A stretch of 64,000 nucleotides of DNA from Escherichia phage vB_Eco_Solly. The translations under genes were made by a program, and so were the position numbers. Numbering within the stretch: the first letter of the stretch is position 1; every line of letters begins with the position of its first letter. Positions 10,533 through 20,669 of the stretch are shown here, one piece after another. The stretch is from sequence record OY720021; one strand, 5' to 3'. The notes under the pieces were generated by a model. The model had not been told where the DNA came from and ran no database searches. It saw only the letters and a program-made list of their open reading frames with translations.

Positions 10533-11951
10533 TTATGGATAGGTATAGATGATACCAGTTTCTAAAGCAGTTTTGTGAATGATGTATCCATTACGCGATT
10601 CTTGGACATCAACTTCTGGATAGTCTTTCATCATCTTCTGAAGAGTGTAACGATGCAGGTAGTATTTACTATCTGGATCTTCAGTTTTCCAATCTTTACC
10701 TTCTTCAGTCATTTTTTGGATTTCATCCATAACCCACCAACCGCACCAGATGTAAGCTGAGCTACGGTGTGGAAGAGGATGAACATAAGGTAATTCACCT
10801 TCTGGTTCTGGAGCAACTTTATCAGTTACCTGAACTTGACCTTCTGCCGTAATAGTTTTGCTATCATAATCAGCAGCAGTAACAGTTGCAGTAACTTCAA
10901 TAGTTTGACTTCCAATAGATGAGGTATCAACTGTATATACATTAGTTGACCCTTCTACAGGAGAAGAATCTTTCTTCCATGAATACTCAATTTGCGCTTC
11001 TTCTGGAGCATCAGTGACATTAGCAGTAAATGTAGCCGAAGCATCTTGCTGAACGTTAATAGAAGGAGGAGACAATGTAACCTGTGGATTCATTGTCTTC
11101 TTATTAACCGTTAATGATACTTCATTCGAAGTAACTTCCTTTTCATTGTAATTTTCAGCAGTTACTTGGGCTACGCATTTAATTCTTTTTACTCCACTTG
11201 TAGTTGGAGTATAGTTAAATGTAGAGTTAGTTTCTCCACCAACTTGTGAATCATCTACATACCACTGATACGTAGCAGATGCTCCATCAGGTTGAGAAGC
11301 TAAGGCAGCAGTAAATTGAACTGGGGTTCCGATTACTCCTGCTGGAGGACTATCAGGAGTTACTGCCAAGGTAGTTGTCTGCTCCTTTTTATTAACAGTC
11401 AGTGATACTTCATTAGAAGTAACGCTTAGTGCATCATAATCTGTCGCAGTTACTTGAGCCACACACTTAATTCTTTTTACCCCGCTTTCGGCAGGAGTGT
11501 AATTGAACGTAGCGTTAGTTGCTTCGCCCACAGGAGAATCATCTACATACCATTGATAAGTAGCGTTTGCGCCCGATGGCTGCGAAGCTAAAGCGGCAGT
11601 AAATTCAATAGCTGTTCCGATTACTCCAGCGTCAGGGCTATTAGGAGTTACAGCTAAGGTGGTCGTTTGTGTCTTATTTTGAACTGTGATAGTTGTAGTA
11701 GCTTCTGCTGTTTCAGCATCAGTATCTGGGACTGGGTTTGTTGCAACTACTTTAATAGTCTTTTGACCGGCAGGTCCTTTTAATACATAATTAAAAGTTG
11801 CTTCAGCTCCATCTTGTGGAACATCATCTACAGTCCAAGCATATGTAATAGGTCCATCTCCAGTTTGACCACTGGGTGTAGCAGTAAACTGCTGAGTCTG
11901 ATCTATAACTCCAGTAGGTGTTTTAGGAGTTATATCAACTGTAAAAGCCAT
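10533..11951 (-). CDS. hoc: Hoc outer capsid decoration protein with four Ig-like domains plus C-terminal capsid-binding domain
   Basis: 472 aa; conserved C-terminal capsid-binding segment (EGELPYVHPLPHRSSAYIWCGWW...); internal 96-aa tandem repeat (residues 95-190 and 191-286). Confidence 0.93.
   Translation of the reverse strand: MAFTVDITPKTPTGVIDQTQQFTATPSGQTGDGPITYAWTVDDVPQDGAEATFNYVLKGPAGQKTIKVVATNPVPDTDAETAEATTTITVQNKTQTTTLAVTPNSPDAGVIGTAIEFTAALASQPSGANATYQWYVDDSPVGEATNATFNYTPAESGVKRIKCVAQVTATDYDALSVTSNEVSLTVNKKEQTTTLAVTPDSPPAGVIGTPVQFTAALASQPDGASATYQWYVDDSQVGGETNSTFNYTPTTSGVKRIKCVAQVTAENYNEKEVTSNEVSLTVNKKTMNPQVTLSPPSINVQQDASATFTANVTDAPEEAQIEYSWKKDSSPVEGSTNVYTVDTSSIGSQTIEVTATVTAADYDSKTITAEGQVQVTDKVAPEPEGELPYVHPLPHRSSAYIWCGWWVMDEIQKMTEEGKDWKTEDPDSKYYLHRYTLQKMMKDYPEVDVQESRNGYIIHKTALETGIIYTYP
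11094..11669 (-). repeat. tandem direct duplication (2 x 288 bp) inside hoc encoding two near-identical Ig-like domains
   Basis: protein residues 95-190 and 191-286 align with few substitutions; DNA units visibly similar. Confidence 0.85.
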
Positions 11952-11960
11952 AAGTTATCC

Positions 11961-12641
11961 TTATTTTAATGTTACGAAAGAAGAATTGCGTGTTTCACGA
12001 ATTAAAACTGATCCGTCACGGTTAATGTAATAAATTAAGCTAAATAAAGTTTGGTGTGCTGACGCATGCTCAAAACTAGTTGGGTGAGATTTCCAATCAG
12101 GAGTTTCAGCAATCCATTGATAAATCCACCAAGGAACAGTGCAGAATCCTGGATTTTTTCCAATCAGCTGAAGATTCGGACTAAAGTTTTCCGGAAGAGT
12201 AAATACAGACGGCTTTTCAGATTCAATAATCTCAGCTACAGCCTGTTCAAACTTTTCTTCAACAAAGGGAGTATCTTCAATCAAAACTGAGGTATTTTCA
12301 GGAATTTTATCCGTTTCTACTACTTCAATTTTAATGTCAGATTTAACCGGAGAATCAATCAGAAGTGCTGCTTCTGGATTGACTTCTTCATCGTCATATT
12401 TTAATCCCTCTGCGGCATCAGCAGCATCAATTAAGTCTTTAATAGATAACCCATCAGTCTCTGGCATAGGTTCACTAGCGAGCTTCTGGAGGGCTTCTTC
12501 AATATCAACAACGATATTATCAAAAGATTTATTCTTTTTGACCTTTATACCAAACTGTTCAGCATATTCAGCTAATTTAGCTTTAGCTTCTTTATTATCA
12601 TCAAGAGCCTTCAGCTCTGCAATATAATCTTTATCTATCAT
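11961..12641 (-). CDS. inh: Inh, inhibitor of prohead protease gp21
   Basis: 226 aa as in T4; immediately downstream of hoc on the same strand. Confidence 0.85.
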   Translation of the reverse strand: MIDKDYIAELKALDDNKEAKAKLAEYAEQFGIKVKKNKSFDNIVVDIEEALQKLASEPMPETDGLSIKDLIDAADAAEGLKYDDEEVNPEAALLIDSPVKSDIKIEVVETDKIPENTSVLIEDTPFVEEKFEQAVAEIIESEKPSVFTLPENFSPNLQLIGKNPGFCTVPWWIYQWIAETPDWKSHPTSFEHASAHQTLFSLIYYINRDGSVLIRETRNSSFVTLK

Positions 12642-12654
12642 AATATTTCCTCAG

Positions 12655-12662
12655 TATAAATA
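12655..12662 (+). promoter_or_regulatory. late promoter box TATAAATA (uvsW)
   Basis: exact consensus 30 nt upstream of uvsW ATG. Confidence 0.6.
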
Positions 12663-12691
12663 TAGATATATTTATTACATGGTATTTAGAC

Positions 12692-14203
12692 ATGATTGAC
12701 ATTAAAGCACATTTTTATGATTTTAGTCACGTGAGAATTGACTGTGAAGAAAGTACATTTCATGAACTCCGTGATTTCTTTAGCTTTGAAGCTGATGGGT
12801 ATCGTTTTAATCCGAAATACAAATATGGCCACTGGGATGGACGAATCCGTCTTTTAGATTATAATCGTCTTCTTCCATTCGGCTTAGTCGGGCAAATTAA
12901 AAAGTTCTGTGATAACTTTGGCTATAAAGCCTGGATTGACCCGCAAATTAACGAAAAAGAAGAATTATCAAGAAAAGATTTTGATGAATGGCTTTCTAAA
13001 TTAGAAATCTATTCAGGAAATAAAAGAATTGAACCGCACTGGTATCAAAAAGATGCAGTGTTCGAAGGATTAGTTAATCGTCGTAGAATTCTTAATCTTC
13101 CAACATCCGCTGGTAAATCGTTAATTCAAGCTTTGCTTGCTCGGTATTATTTGGAAAATTATGAAGGTAAAATTCTTATCATTGTTCCAACAACTGCCTT
13201 AACAACTCAGATGGCTGATGACTTCGTCGACTATCGTCTATTCAGTCATGCAATGATAAAGAAAATTGGTGGCGGAGCATCAAAAGATGATAAATATAAA
13301 AATGATGCACCAGTCGTTGTTGGTACATGGCAAACTGTAGTTAAACAACCAAAAGAATGGTTCTCACAGTTTGGAATGATGATGAATGATGAATGCCATC
13401 TTGCTACAGGAAAAAGTATTTCATCTATCATATCAGGTTTAAATAACTGCATGTTCAAATTCGGTTTGTCTGGTTCATTACGTGATGGCAAAGCTAATAT
13501 CATGCAGTATGTTGGGATGTTTGGTGAAATATTTAAACCAGTAACGACTTCTAAATTAATGGAAGATGGACAAGTAACTGAGCTAAAAATTAATAGTATT
13601 TTTCTTCGCTATCCCGATGAGTTCACTACTAAATTAAAGGGAAAAACTTATCAAGAAGAAATAAAAATTATTACGGGGCTTAGTAAAAGAAATAAATGGA
13701 TCGCTAAATTAGCTATTAAGCTTGCGCAAAAAGATGAAAACGCTTTTGTCATGTTTAAACATGTATCACATGGTAAAGCTATTTTCGATTTAATTAAAAA
13801 TGAATACGATAAAGTTTATTACGTATCAGGGGAAGTTGATACCGAAACCCGCAATATAATGAAAACCTTAGCTGAAAATGGTAAAGGAATAATTATAGTA
13901 GCTAGTTATGGTGTATTTTCTACTGGTATTTCAGTTAAAAATCTGCATCACGTTGTTTTAGCGCACGGTGTTAAATCAAAAATCATTGTATTACAAACAA
14001 TCGGTCGTGTATTACGTAAGCATGGTTCTAAGACAATAGCAACCGTCTGGGACCTCATAGATGATTGTGGCGTTAAGCCAAAATCTGCTAATACGAAAAA
14101 GAAATATGTTCATTTGAACTATCTTTTAAAACACGGCATTGATCGTATTCAGCGCTATGCAGATGAAAAATTTAATTACGTAATGAAAACAGTTAATTTA
14201 TAA
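12692..14203 (+). CDS. uvsW: UvsW RNA-DNA and DNA-DNA helicase
   Basis: 503 aa; Walker A TSAGKS and DECH box; late promoter box upstream. Confidence 0.95.
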   Translation: MIDIKAHFYDFSHVRIDCEESTFHELRDFFSFEADGYRFNPKYKYGHWDGRIRLLDYNRLLPFGLVGQIKKFCDNFGYKAWIDPQINEKEELSRKDFDEWLSKLEIYSGNKRIEPHWYQKDAVFEGLVNRRRILNLPTSAGKSLIQALLARYYLENYEGKILIIVPTTALTTQMADDFVDYRLFSHAMIKKIGGGASKDDKYKNDAPVVVGTWQTVVKQPKEWFSQFGMMMNDECHLATGKSISSIISGLNNCMFKFGLSGSLRDGKANIMQYVGMFGEIFKPVTTSKLMEDGQVTELKINSIFLRYPDEFTTKLKGKTYQEEIKIITGLSKRNKWIAKLAIKLAQKDENAFVMFKHVSHGKAIFDLIKNEYDKVYYVSGEVDTETRNIMKTLAENGKGIIIVASYGVFSTGISVKNLHHVVLAHGVKSKIIVLQTIGRVLRKHGSKTIATVWDLIDDCGVKPKSANTKKKYVHLNYLLKHGIDRIQRYADEKFNYVMKTVNL

Positions 14204-14217
14204 GGGCTTCGGCCCTT
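14202..14217 (+). promoter_or_regulatory. stem-loop between uvsW and uvsW.1
   Basis: AAGGGC-TTCG-GCCCTT starting within the uvsW stop codon. Confidence 0.55.
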
Positions 14218-14228
14218 TGGAGAAAAAG

Positions 14229-14459
14229 ATGTTACTAGAATTTAAACAATTTCTTTATGAAGCTTCTATTGATGAATTTATGGGTAAAATTGCCTCTTGT
14301 CAAACATTAGAAGGTTTAGAAGAACTTGAAGCTTATTACAAGAAAAGAGTCAAAGAAACTGAATTAAAAGATACTGATGACATCTCAGTTAGAGATGCTT
14401 TGGCAGGAAAAAGAGCTGAATTAGAAGATTCAGACGATGAAGTAGAAGAAAGCTTTTAA
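14229..14459 (+). CDS. uvsW.1: UvsW.1 small acidic protein
   Basis: 76 aa from ATG at 14229; the track TTG start at 14217 lies inside a hairpin. Confidence 0.8.
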   Translation: MLLEFKQFLYEASIDEFMGKIASCQTLEGLEELEAYYKKRVKETELKDTDDISVRDALAGKRAELEDSDDEVEESF

Positions 14460-14514
14460 ATTAAAAAAGGCCCAACCAAAAAGGAAGGGCCAAAACTATA
14501 GACTAAAGGTCACA

Positions 14515-14682
14515 CTATAGCAAAAGTTGTGTTTCATTTAATTGTTCTTCCGAACTTTCTGAAACTGGTAGTTCTTTAATGTAATTATAGCAAGGCCCAG
14601 GATGTACAGGACCTTTGTCTGTTTCAACAACCAATGCAGAATCGATTGGAGTTTTACAGACAACACAAATCTTATCTGACAT
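14515..14682 (-). CDS. small hypothetical protein, 55 aa, with CxxC pair (not in ORF track because under 60 aa)
   Basis: ATG at 14682, stop at 14515-14517; translation MSDKICVVCKTPIDSALVVETDKGPVHPGPCYNY...; TATAAATA on minus strand at 14708-14715. Confidence 0.5.
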   Translation of the reverse strand: MSDKICVVCKTPIDSALVVETDKGPVHPGPCYNYIKELPVSESSEEQLNETQLLL

Positions 14683-14707
14683 GATTGTCTCCTCTGAATT
14701 ATATATC

Positions 14708-14715
14708 TATTTATA
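14708..14715 (-). promoter_or_regulatory. late promoter box TATAAATA on minus strand upstream of the 55-aa ORF
   Basis: reverse complement of TATTTATA at 14708-14715. Confidence 0.45.
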
Positions 14716-14935
14716 CAACTCTCATATGCATATCAATGCCCATATCTTTAGAATAAAAATATTCATCAAGATATCCGGCAAATTTTCCTTTAATATAAAG
14801 GACATCTTCACCACACGGGTGGTCGGCCAGGATACGAATATCCTGACGCTTAAGATTATGCTTTTTCATTAAGAATTGAATTTCCATTTCAAATTCTTCT
14901 TCATAATTAAAAGCATCATCAATGCTATATCTCAT
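14711..14935 (-). CDS. hypothetical protein (position of T4 uvsY.-2)
   Basis: 74-aa ORF with ATGA overlap to uvsY stop. Confidence 0.65.
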   Translation of the reverse strand: MRYSIDDAFNYEEEFEMEIQFLMKKHNLKRQDIRILADHPCGEDVLYIKGKFAGYLDEYFYSKDMGIDMHMRVV

Positions 14936-15348
14936 TATTTTCCAGCCTCAAATGCTCGCATGTCTTGAATGTGCTTAATAGCAAATCCACGTGATTTAAT
15001 AGCATCAAGAGCTCCGCTACAGAAATCTAATAAAATCCCCCAATACTGCAACGAGGTATCAACCTTTAAAACATCCTTATCAGCTGATAGAACTGTTTTC
15101 ATTTCTGATTTCTCGTAACGATCCATACTAAATTCATCACCATCTCCTCGTCCCGAGTAGTAGTCTAATTTAGCTTTAAGAGCAACTTTTTTCTGTGCAT
15201 CAATTCTAAGCATTTCCTTTTTAATACTTGAATGCTTATTAAGCCATTTACTATATAACATCACATTATTAGCTGCTTCATACTGTAATTTAGTCGAATC
15301 TATAAACACATCTTTCTTCAATTCTTCTTGAAGATCTTCTAATCTCAT
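14935..15348 (-). CDS. uvsY: UvsY recombination mediator
   Basis: 137 aa, T4 UvsY length; MotA-box middle promoter upstream. Confidence 0.95.
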   Translation of the reverse strand: MRLEDLQEELKKDVFIDSTKLQYEAANNVMLYSKWLNKHSSIKKEMLRIDAQKKVALKAKLDYYSGRGDGDEFSMDRYEKSEMKTVLSADKDVLKVDTSLQYWGILLDFCSGALDAIKSRGFAIKHIQDMRAFEAGK

Positions 15349-15388
15349 ATTGTTCTCTATTCAATTGTTATTGGATGGACTTAGATTC

Positions 15389-15414
15389 ATTATACCACGT
15401 TTATACGTGAAGCA
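15389..15414 (-). promoter_or_regulatory. candidate MotA-dependent middle promoter for uvsY
   Basis: minus-strand AATGCTTCA (MotA box) followed 13 nt later by TATAAT, about 40 nt upstream of uvsY ATG. Confidence 0.55.
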
Positions 15415-15813
15415 TTATACTCTATTACTGGAAGCCAGTTGCAGTTTTATCTGCTCAATATCATCGGGGTTATCGATGACCGAAAAGCGTATTTCTACTA
15501 TCAGAGTATAATCATCATAAACGGGTATCACATTAACTGCTAATTTATCAATACGTGGCTCATAGTTTCTTACTGCGCTTTCGATATTGCGCTCAACTGT
15601 GTCAGCAGTAAGAGGAGTCATATTTTCAAAAAGTTGGTCTGATAAATCACATCCAAATTCAGGGTCAAACGGTCTTGAACCTTTTCTTGTTGTAATAATT
15701 CCCAAAAGACTGTTTTTAATTGACCTTAATCCAAGCGATCTGGAAACGTCTTTGTTCCAATCCATTTTCATTTCCGGGTCAATGTCAGAATAAAGCTTAT
15801 TAATATTTGACAT
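15415..15813 (-). CDS. 25: baseplate wedge protein gp25
   Basis: 132 aa; T4 gp25 length and position. Confidence 0.93.
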   Translation of the reverse strand: MSNINKLYSDIDPEMKMDWNKDVSRSLGLRSIKNSLLGIITTRKGSRPFDPEFGCDLSDQLFENMTPLTADTVERNIESAVRNYEPRIDKLAVNVIPVYDDYTLIVEIRFSVIDNPDDIEQIKLQLASSNRV

Positions 15814-16439
15814 TATAGTAACTCAAAGAACTCTTTGAGGCCTCTTATTACGTGAGCATGGGTTTTTCCACACTCTGGACACTTAATTGGAACAGCCAAA
15901 TAAACAGTAGGCTTTAAAAGCATATCTTTTATAGCTACAATATCTGACTCTGTGATGATAGAATATAAATCTTCCAGTTCTTTTTCATTTAAGTCTTCAA
16001 CTGGAATGCTTTCCCCGTTAGCGTGAATCGTTTCTATACATGATACTATCATGTGGGCTATATTTTTATCATCAAAAATTTTAGGGTATCGGAATTTAAT
16101 TTTAATGTCACCCAGTGTATACCAGAGGTCTTCTGGTGCATCTATTTGTGTATGTAATAGATTTATATGGGTTGGTATTTCAGTTCCACAGGTGCACTTC
16201 CAGGAGTTTTCGTGATTAACTTCGCCGAGAGAATGTGCCCATAAATGAATCAGCAGTAGTTCTGATTCTTGGCGGTTTAAATCTTTTGCATTTGTGCAGT
16301 CTTTGATTAGCTTTTTAACAATTACTTCTACAGAACCATTATTTTTGGCAGTAATAAGTTCTAGATATTCTTTAAGCGTGAATGCGCGACAATTGATTAT
16401 TTTAGAACCAACTCTCACATCAAATTTGTATTCATACAT
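15813..16439 (-). CDS. 26: baseplate hub protein gp26
   Basis: 208 aa; divergent from gene 51 as in T4. Confidence 0.9.
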   Translation of the reverse strand: MYEYKFDVRVGSKIINCRAFTLKEYLELITAKNNGSVEVIVKKLIKDCTNAKDLNRQESELLLIHLWAHSLGEVNHENSWKCTCGTEIPTHINLLHTQIDAPEDLWYTLGDIKIKFRYPKIFDDKNIAHMIVSCIETIHANGESIPVEDLNEKELEDLYSIITESDIVAIKDMLLKPTVYLAVPIKCPECGKTHAHVIRGLKEFFELL

Positions 16440-16460
16440 ATTTAGCTCCTTTATTTATCA

Positions 16461-16472
16461 TATTTATAAATA
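16461..16472. promoter_or_regulatory. perfectly palindromic divergent late promoters TATTTATAAATA for genes 26 (-) and 51 (+)
   Basis: 12-bp perfect palindrome containing TATAAATA on both strands, flanked by inverted GCTCCTTT / AAAGGAGC Shine-Dalgarno arms. Confidence 0.7.
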
Positions 16473-16489
16473 GAATAAAAGGAGCATCT

Positions 16490-17239
16490 ATGGCAAACAT
16501 TATTCGTTGTAAATTACCAGATGGTGTTCATCGTTTTAAACCATTTACGGTAGAAGATTATCGAGATTTTTTGTTAGTTCGAAACGATATAGAACATCGG
16601 TCACCACAAGAACAAAAAGAAATAATTGCTGATTTAATTGCCGATTATTTTGGAGACTATCCGAAGACTTGGCAACCATTTATATTTTTGCAGGTATTTG
16701 TAGGGTCAATAGGTAAAACAAAAGTACCAGTCACATTCGTATGTCCAAAATGTAAAAAAGAAAAGACAGTTCCATTTGAAATATACCAAAAAGAATTAAA
16801 GGAACCTGTTTTTGATGTAGCTAATGTTAAAATTAAATTAAAGTTTCCTTCTGAGTTTTATGAAAATAAAGCAAAGATGATTACTGAAAATATTCATTCT
16901 GTTCAAGTAGATGAAATTTGGTATGATTGGAAGGAAATTAGCGAGTCTAGTCAAATAGAACTCGTTGACGCCATCGAGATAGAAACATTAGAACAAATTC
17001 TCGATGCAATGAATCCTATTAATTTAACTCTACATATGTCATGCTGTAATAAGTACATTAAAAAATACACTGATATAGTAGACGTGTTTAAGCTATTAGT
17101 TAACCCAGATGAGATATTTACTTTTTATCAAATTAATCACACACTCGTAAAAAGTAATTATAGCTTAAATTCAATAATGAAAATGATTCCTGCTGAGCGC
17201 GGATTCGTATTAAAACTGATTGAGAAGGATAAACAATAA
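16490..17239 (+). CDS. 51: baseplate hub assembly catalyst gp51
   Basis: 249 aa; T4 synteny 26/51/27. Confidence 0.9.
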   Translation: MANIIRCKLPDGVHRFKPFTVEDYRDFLLVRNDIEHRSPQEQKEIIADLIADYFGDYPKTWQPFIFLQVFVGSIGKTKVPVTFVCPKCKKEKTVPFEIYQKELKEPVFDVANVKIKLKFPSEFYENKAKMITENIHSVQVDEIWYDWKEISESSQIELVDAIEIETLEQILDAMNPINLTLHMSCCNKYIKKYTDIVDVFKLLVNPDEIFTFYQINHTLVKSNYSLNSIMKMIPAERGFVLKLIEKDKQ

Positions 17240-18414
17240 TGAGTATGTTGCAACGCCCCGGATATCCAAATCTCAGCGTTAAATTATTTGATAGCTACGA
17301 CGCTTGGAGTAATAATAGATTTGTTGAATTAGCTGCTACTATTACCACATTAACTATGCGGGATTCTCTTTATGGACGAAATGAAGGAATGCTGCAGTTT
17401 TATGATTCTAAAAATATCCACACAAAAATGGATGGAAATGAAATAATTCAAATTTCTGTAGCTAATGCAAACGATATTAATAATGTTAAAACACGAATTT
17501 ATGGATGCAAGCATTTTTCCGTGTCAGTAGATTCAAAAGGTGATAACATCATTGCTATTGAATTGGGAACTATTCATTCTATAGAAAATCTTAAATTTGG
17601 TAGACCATTTTTCCCTGATGCAGGTGAATCTATAAAAGAAATGCTTGGTGTCATTTATCAGGATCGCACATTATTAACTCCAGCAATAAATGCTATAAAT
17701 GCTTATGTTCCTGATATTCCATGGACTAGCACATTTGAAAACTATTTGTCATATGTAAGAGAAGTTGCTCTAGCTGTAGGAAGCGACAAATTTGTATTTG
17801 TATGGCAAGACATCATGGGAGTTAACATGATGGACTATGATATGATGATAAATCAAGAACCATATCCAATGATTGTCGGTGAGCCATCTTTAATAGGTCA
17901 ATTTGTCCAAGAATTAAAATATCCATTAGCATATGATTTCGTTTGGTTGACTAAATCGAATCCTCACAAACGCGACCCAATGAAAAATGCTACTATCTAT
18001 GCTCATTCATTTTTAGATTCTTCACTGCCAATGATTACTACAGGAAAGGGTGAAAACTCTATTGTAGTGTCAAGGTCAGGTGCTTATTCTGAAATGACTT
18101 ATAGGAATGGCTATGAAGAAGCTATTCGTCTTCAAACTATGGCGCAATACGATGGCTATGCTAAATGTTCTACTGTCGGTAATTTTAACTTGACTCCTGG
18201 CGTTAAAATTATTTTTAATGATAGTAAAAACCAATTTAAAACAGAATTTTACGTTGATGAAGTTATCCATGAATTATCCAATAATAATTCAGTAACTCAT
18301 CTATATATGTTCACTAATGCAACGAAACTGGAAACAATAGACCCAGTTAAGGTTAAAAATGAATTTAAATCTGATACTACCACTGAAGAAAGTAGTTCTT
18401 CCAATAAGCAATAA
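17239..18414 (+). CDS. 27: baseplate hub protein gp27
   Basis: 391 aa, T4 gp27 length. Confidence 0.95.
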   Translation: MSMLQRPGYPNLSVKLFDSYDAWSNNRFVELAATITTLTMRDSLYGRNEGMLQFYDSKNIHTKMDGNEIIQISVANANDINNVKTRIYGCKHFSVSVDSKGDNIIAIELGTIHSIENLKFGRPFFPDAGESIKEMLGVIYQDRTLLTPAINAINAYVPDIPWTSTFENYLSYVREVALAVGSDKFVFVWQDIMGVNMMDYDMMINQEPYPMIVGEPSLIGQFVQELKYPLAYDFVWLTKSNPHKRDPMKNATIYAHSFLDSSLPMITTGKGENSIVVSRSGAYSEMTYRNGYEEAIRLQTMAQYDGYAKCSTVGNFNLTPGVKIIFNDSKNQFKTEFYVDEVIHELSNNNSVTHLYMFTNATKLETIDPVKVKNEFKSDTTTEESSSSNKQ

Positions 18415-18892
18415 AGAAGTTTCTATTCCTAAAATGGGTCTTAAACACTATAACATTTTAAAAGATGTTAAAGGTCCTGATGAAAATTTAAAACTTCTTA
18501 TTGATTCTATTTGTCCGAATTTATCACCGGCAGAAGTTGATTTCGTTTCTATTCATCTATTGGAATTTAATGGAAAGATTAAATCTCGTAAAGAAATAGA
18601 TGGTTATACTTATGACATTAATGATGTTTATGTATGCCAAAGATTGGAATTTCAATACCAAGGAAATACATTTTATTTTAGACCTCCTGGAAAATTTGAA
18701 CAATTTTTAACTGTAAGCGATATGTTATCCAAATGCTTGCTTAAGGTCAATGATGAAGTTAAAGAAATTAATTTTCTTGAGATGCCAGCATTCGTTTTAA
18801 AATGGGCAAATGATATTTTTACAACTTTAGCAATTCCTGGCCCTAATGGTCCAATAACCGGAATTGGCAATATTATTGGATTATTTGAATGA
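18359..18892 (+). CDS. 28: baseplate hub distal subunit gp28
   Basis: 177 aa; overlaps 3' end of gene 27. Confidence 0.85.
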   Translation: MNLNLILPLKKVVLPISNKEVSIPKMGLKHYNILKDVKGPDENLKLLIDSICPNLSPAEVDFVSIHLLEFNGKIKSRKEIDGYTYDINDVYVCQRLEFQYQGNTFYFRPPGKFEQFLTVSDMLSKCLLKVNDEVKEINFLEMPAFVLKWANDIFTTLAIPGPNGPITGIGNIIGLFE

Positions 18893-20661
18893 AAAAGCCA
18901 CAAGAAATGCAAACGATGCGTAGAAAAGTTATTTCAGATAATAAACCAACACAGGAAGCGGCTAAATCCGCTTCCAACACTTTATCTGGACTTAACGATA
19001 TATCTACGAAATTGGATGATGCTCAAGCTGCCTCTGAATTAATAGCTCAAACTGTCGAAGAAAAATCGAATGAAATAGTTGGAGCAATTGACAACGTAGA
19101 AAGCGCAGTGAGTGATACTACCGCAGGTTCTGAGTTAATTGCCGAAACTGTTGAAATTGGCAATAATATCAATAAAGAAATAGGCGAATCACTCGGAAGC
19201 AAATTAGATAAATTAACGAGTTTATTAGAACAAAAAATTCAGACAGCTGGAATTCAACAGACTGGAACGAGTTTAGCAGTAGTCGAAAATGCTATTCCTG
19301 TTAAAGTTGTTGAGGATGATACAGCTGAATCTGTGGGTCCTTTATTACCGGCCCCTGAAGCAGTTAATAATGATCCTGACGCTGATTTTTTCCCTACCCC
19401 TCAGCCAGTTGAACCCAAACAAGAATCGCCAGAAGAAAAACAGAAAAAAGAAGCATTTAACTTAAAATTATCTCAAGCTTTAGATAAATTAACGAAGACT
19501 GTTGATTTTGGATTTAAAAAATCCATTTCAATTACTGATAAAATATCAAGCATGCTATTTAAGTACACCGTCAGTGCTGCTATTGAAGCTGCTAAAATGA
19601 CTGCAATGATATTGGCTGTTGTTGTTGGAATAGACCTGTTGATGGTTCATTTTAAATACTGGTCAGATAAATTTTCAAAAGCCTGGGATTTATATAGTGG
19701 CAACTTTACTAAATTCTCTAGCGAAACTGGAACATGGGGTCCTTTATTACAGAGCATCTTTGATTCTATTGATAAAATTAAACAACTTTGGGAAGCGGGA
19801 GATTGGGGTGGATTGACAACAGCTATTGTTGAAGGGCTCGGAAGTGTTCTTTTTAATTTAGGAGAGCTTATTCAATTAGGTATGGCTAAATTATCTGCAG
19901 CAATTCTTCGAGTCATTCCTGGCATGAAGGATACTGCTGATGAAGTAGAAGGAAGAGCACTGGAAAATTTCCAAAATACTACTGGAGCATCTCTCAATAA
20001 AGAAGACCAGGAAAAAGTTGCAAATTATCAAGATAAACGAATGAACGGAGACCTTGGTCCGATAGCAAAAGGATTAGATAAAATTGCTAATTGGAAAACT
20101 CGTGCATCTAATTGGATTCGTGGGGTTGATAATAAAGAAGCACTAACTACCGACGAAGAACGTGCAGCAGAAGAAGAAAAATTAAAGCAACTTTTACCTG
20201 AAGAAAGAAAAAATGCTTTAATGAAGGCTAATGAAGCCCGTGCCGCAATGATTCGCTTTGAAAAATATGCTGATTCAGCTGATATGAGTAAAGACTCAAC
20301 GGTTAAATCTGTTGAATCTGCCTATGAAGACCTTAAAAAACGGATGGATGACCAGGATTTAAATAATTCACCGGCAGTTAAAAAAGAACTTGCTGCTAGA
20401 TTTTCTAAAATTGATGCTACTTATCAAGAGCTCAAGAAAAATCAGCCTAATGCCAAACCTGAAACTTCTGCTAAATCGCCAGAAGCAAAACAAGTCCAGG
20501 TAATAGAAAAGAACAAAGCACAGCAAGCTCCTGTTCAACAAGCATCTCCTTCAATCAACAATACTAATAATGTTATTAAGAAAAATACTGTCGTTCATAA
20601 TATGACACCTGTCACAAGCACAACTGCTCCTGGTGTATTTGATGCGACTGGGGTTAATTAA
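18889..20661 (+). CDS. 29: baseplate hub / tail length determination protein gp29
   Basis: 590 aa; ATGA overlap with gene 28. Confidence 0.93.
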   Translation: MKKPQEMQTMRRKVISDNKPTQEAAKSASNTLSGLNDISTKLDDAQAASELIAQTVEEKSNEIVGAIDNVESAVSDTTAGSELIAETVEIGNNINKEIGESLGSKLDKLTSLLEQKIQTAGIQQTGTSLAVVENAIPVKVVEDDTAESVGPLLPAPEAVNNDPDADFFPTPQPVEPKQESPEEKQKKEAFNLKLSQALDKLTKTVDFGFKKSISITDKISSMLFKYTVSAAIEAAKMTAMILAVVVGIDLLMVHFKYWSDKFSKAWDLYSGNFTKFSSETGTWGPLLQSIFDSIDKIKQLWEAGDWGGLTTAIVEGLGSVLFNLGELIQLGMAKLSAAILRVIPGMKDTADEVEGRALENFQNTTGASLNKEDQEKVANYQDKRMNGDLGPIAKGLDKIANWKTRASNWIRGVDNKEALTTDEERAAEEEKLKQLLPEERKNALMKANEARAAMIRFEKYADSADMSKDSTVKSVESAYEDLKKRMDDQDLNNSPAVKKELAARFSKIDATYQELKKNQPNAKPETSAKSPEAKQVQVIEKNKAQQAPVQQASPSINNTNNVIKKNTVVHNMTPVTSTTAPGVFDATGVN

Positions 20662-20669
20662 GGAATAAT

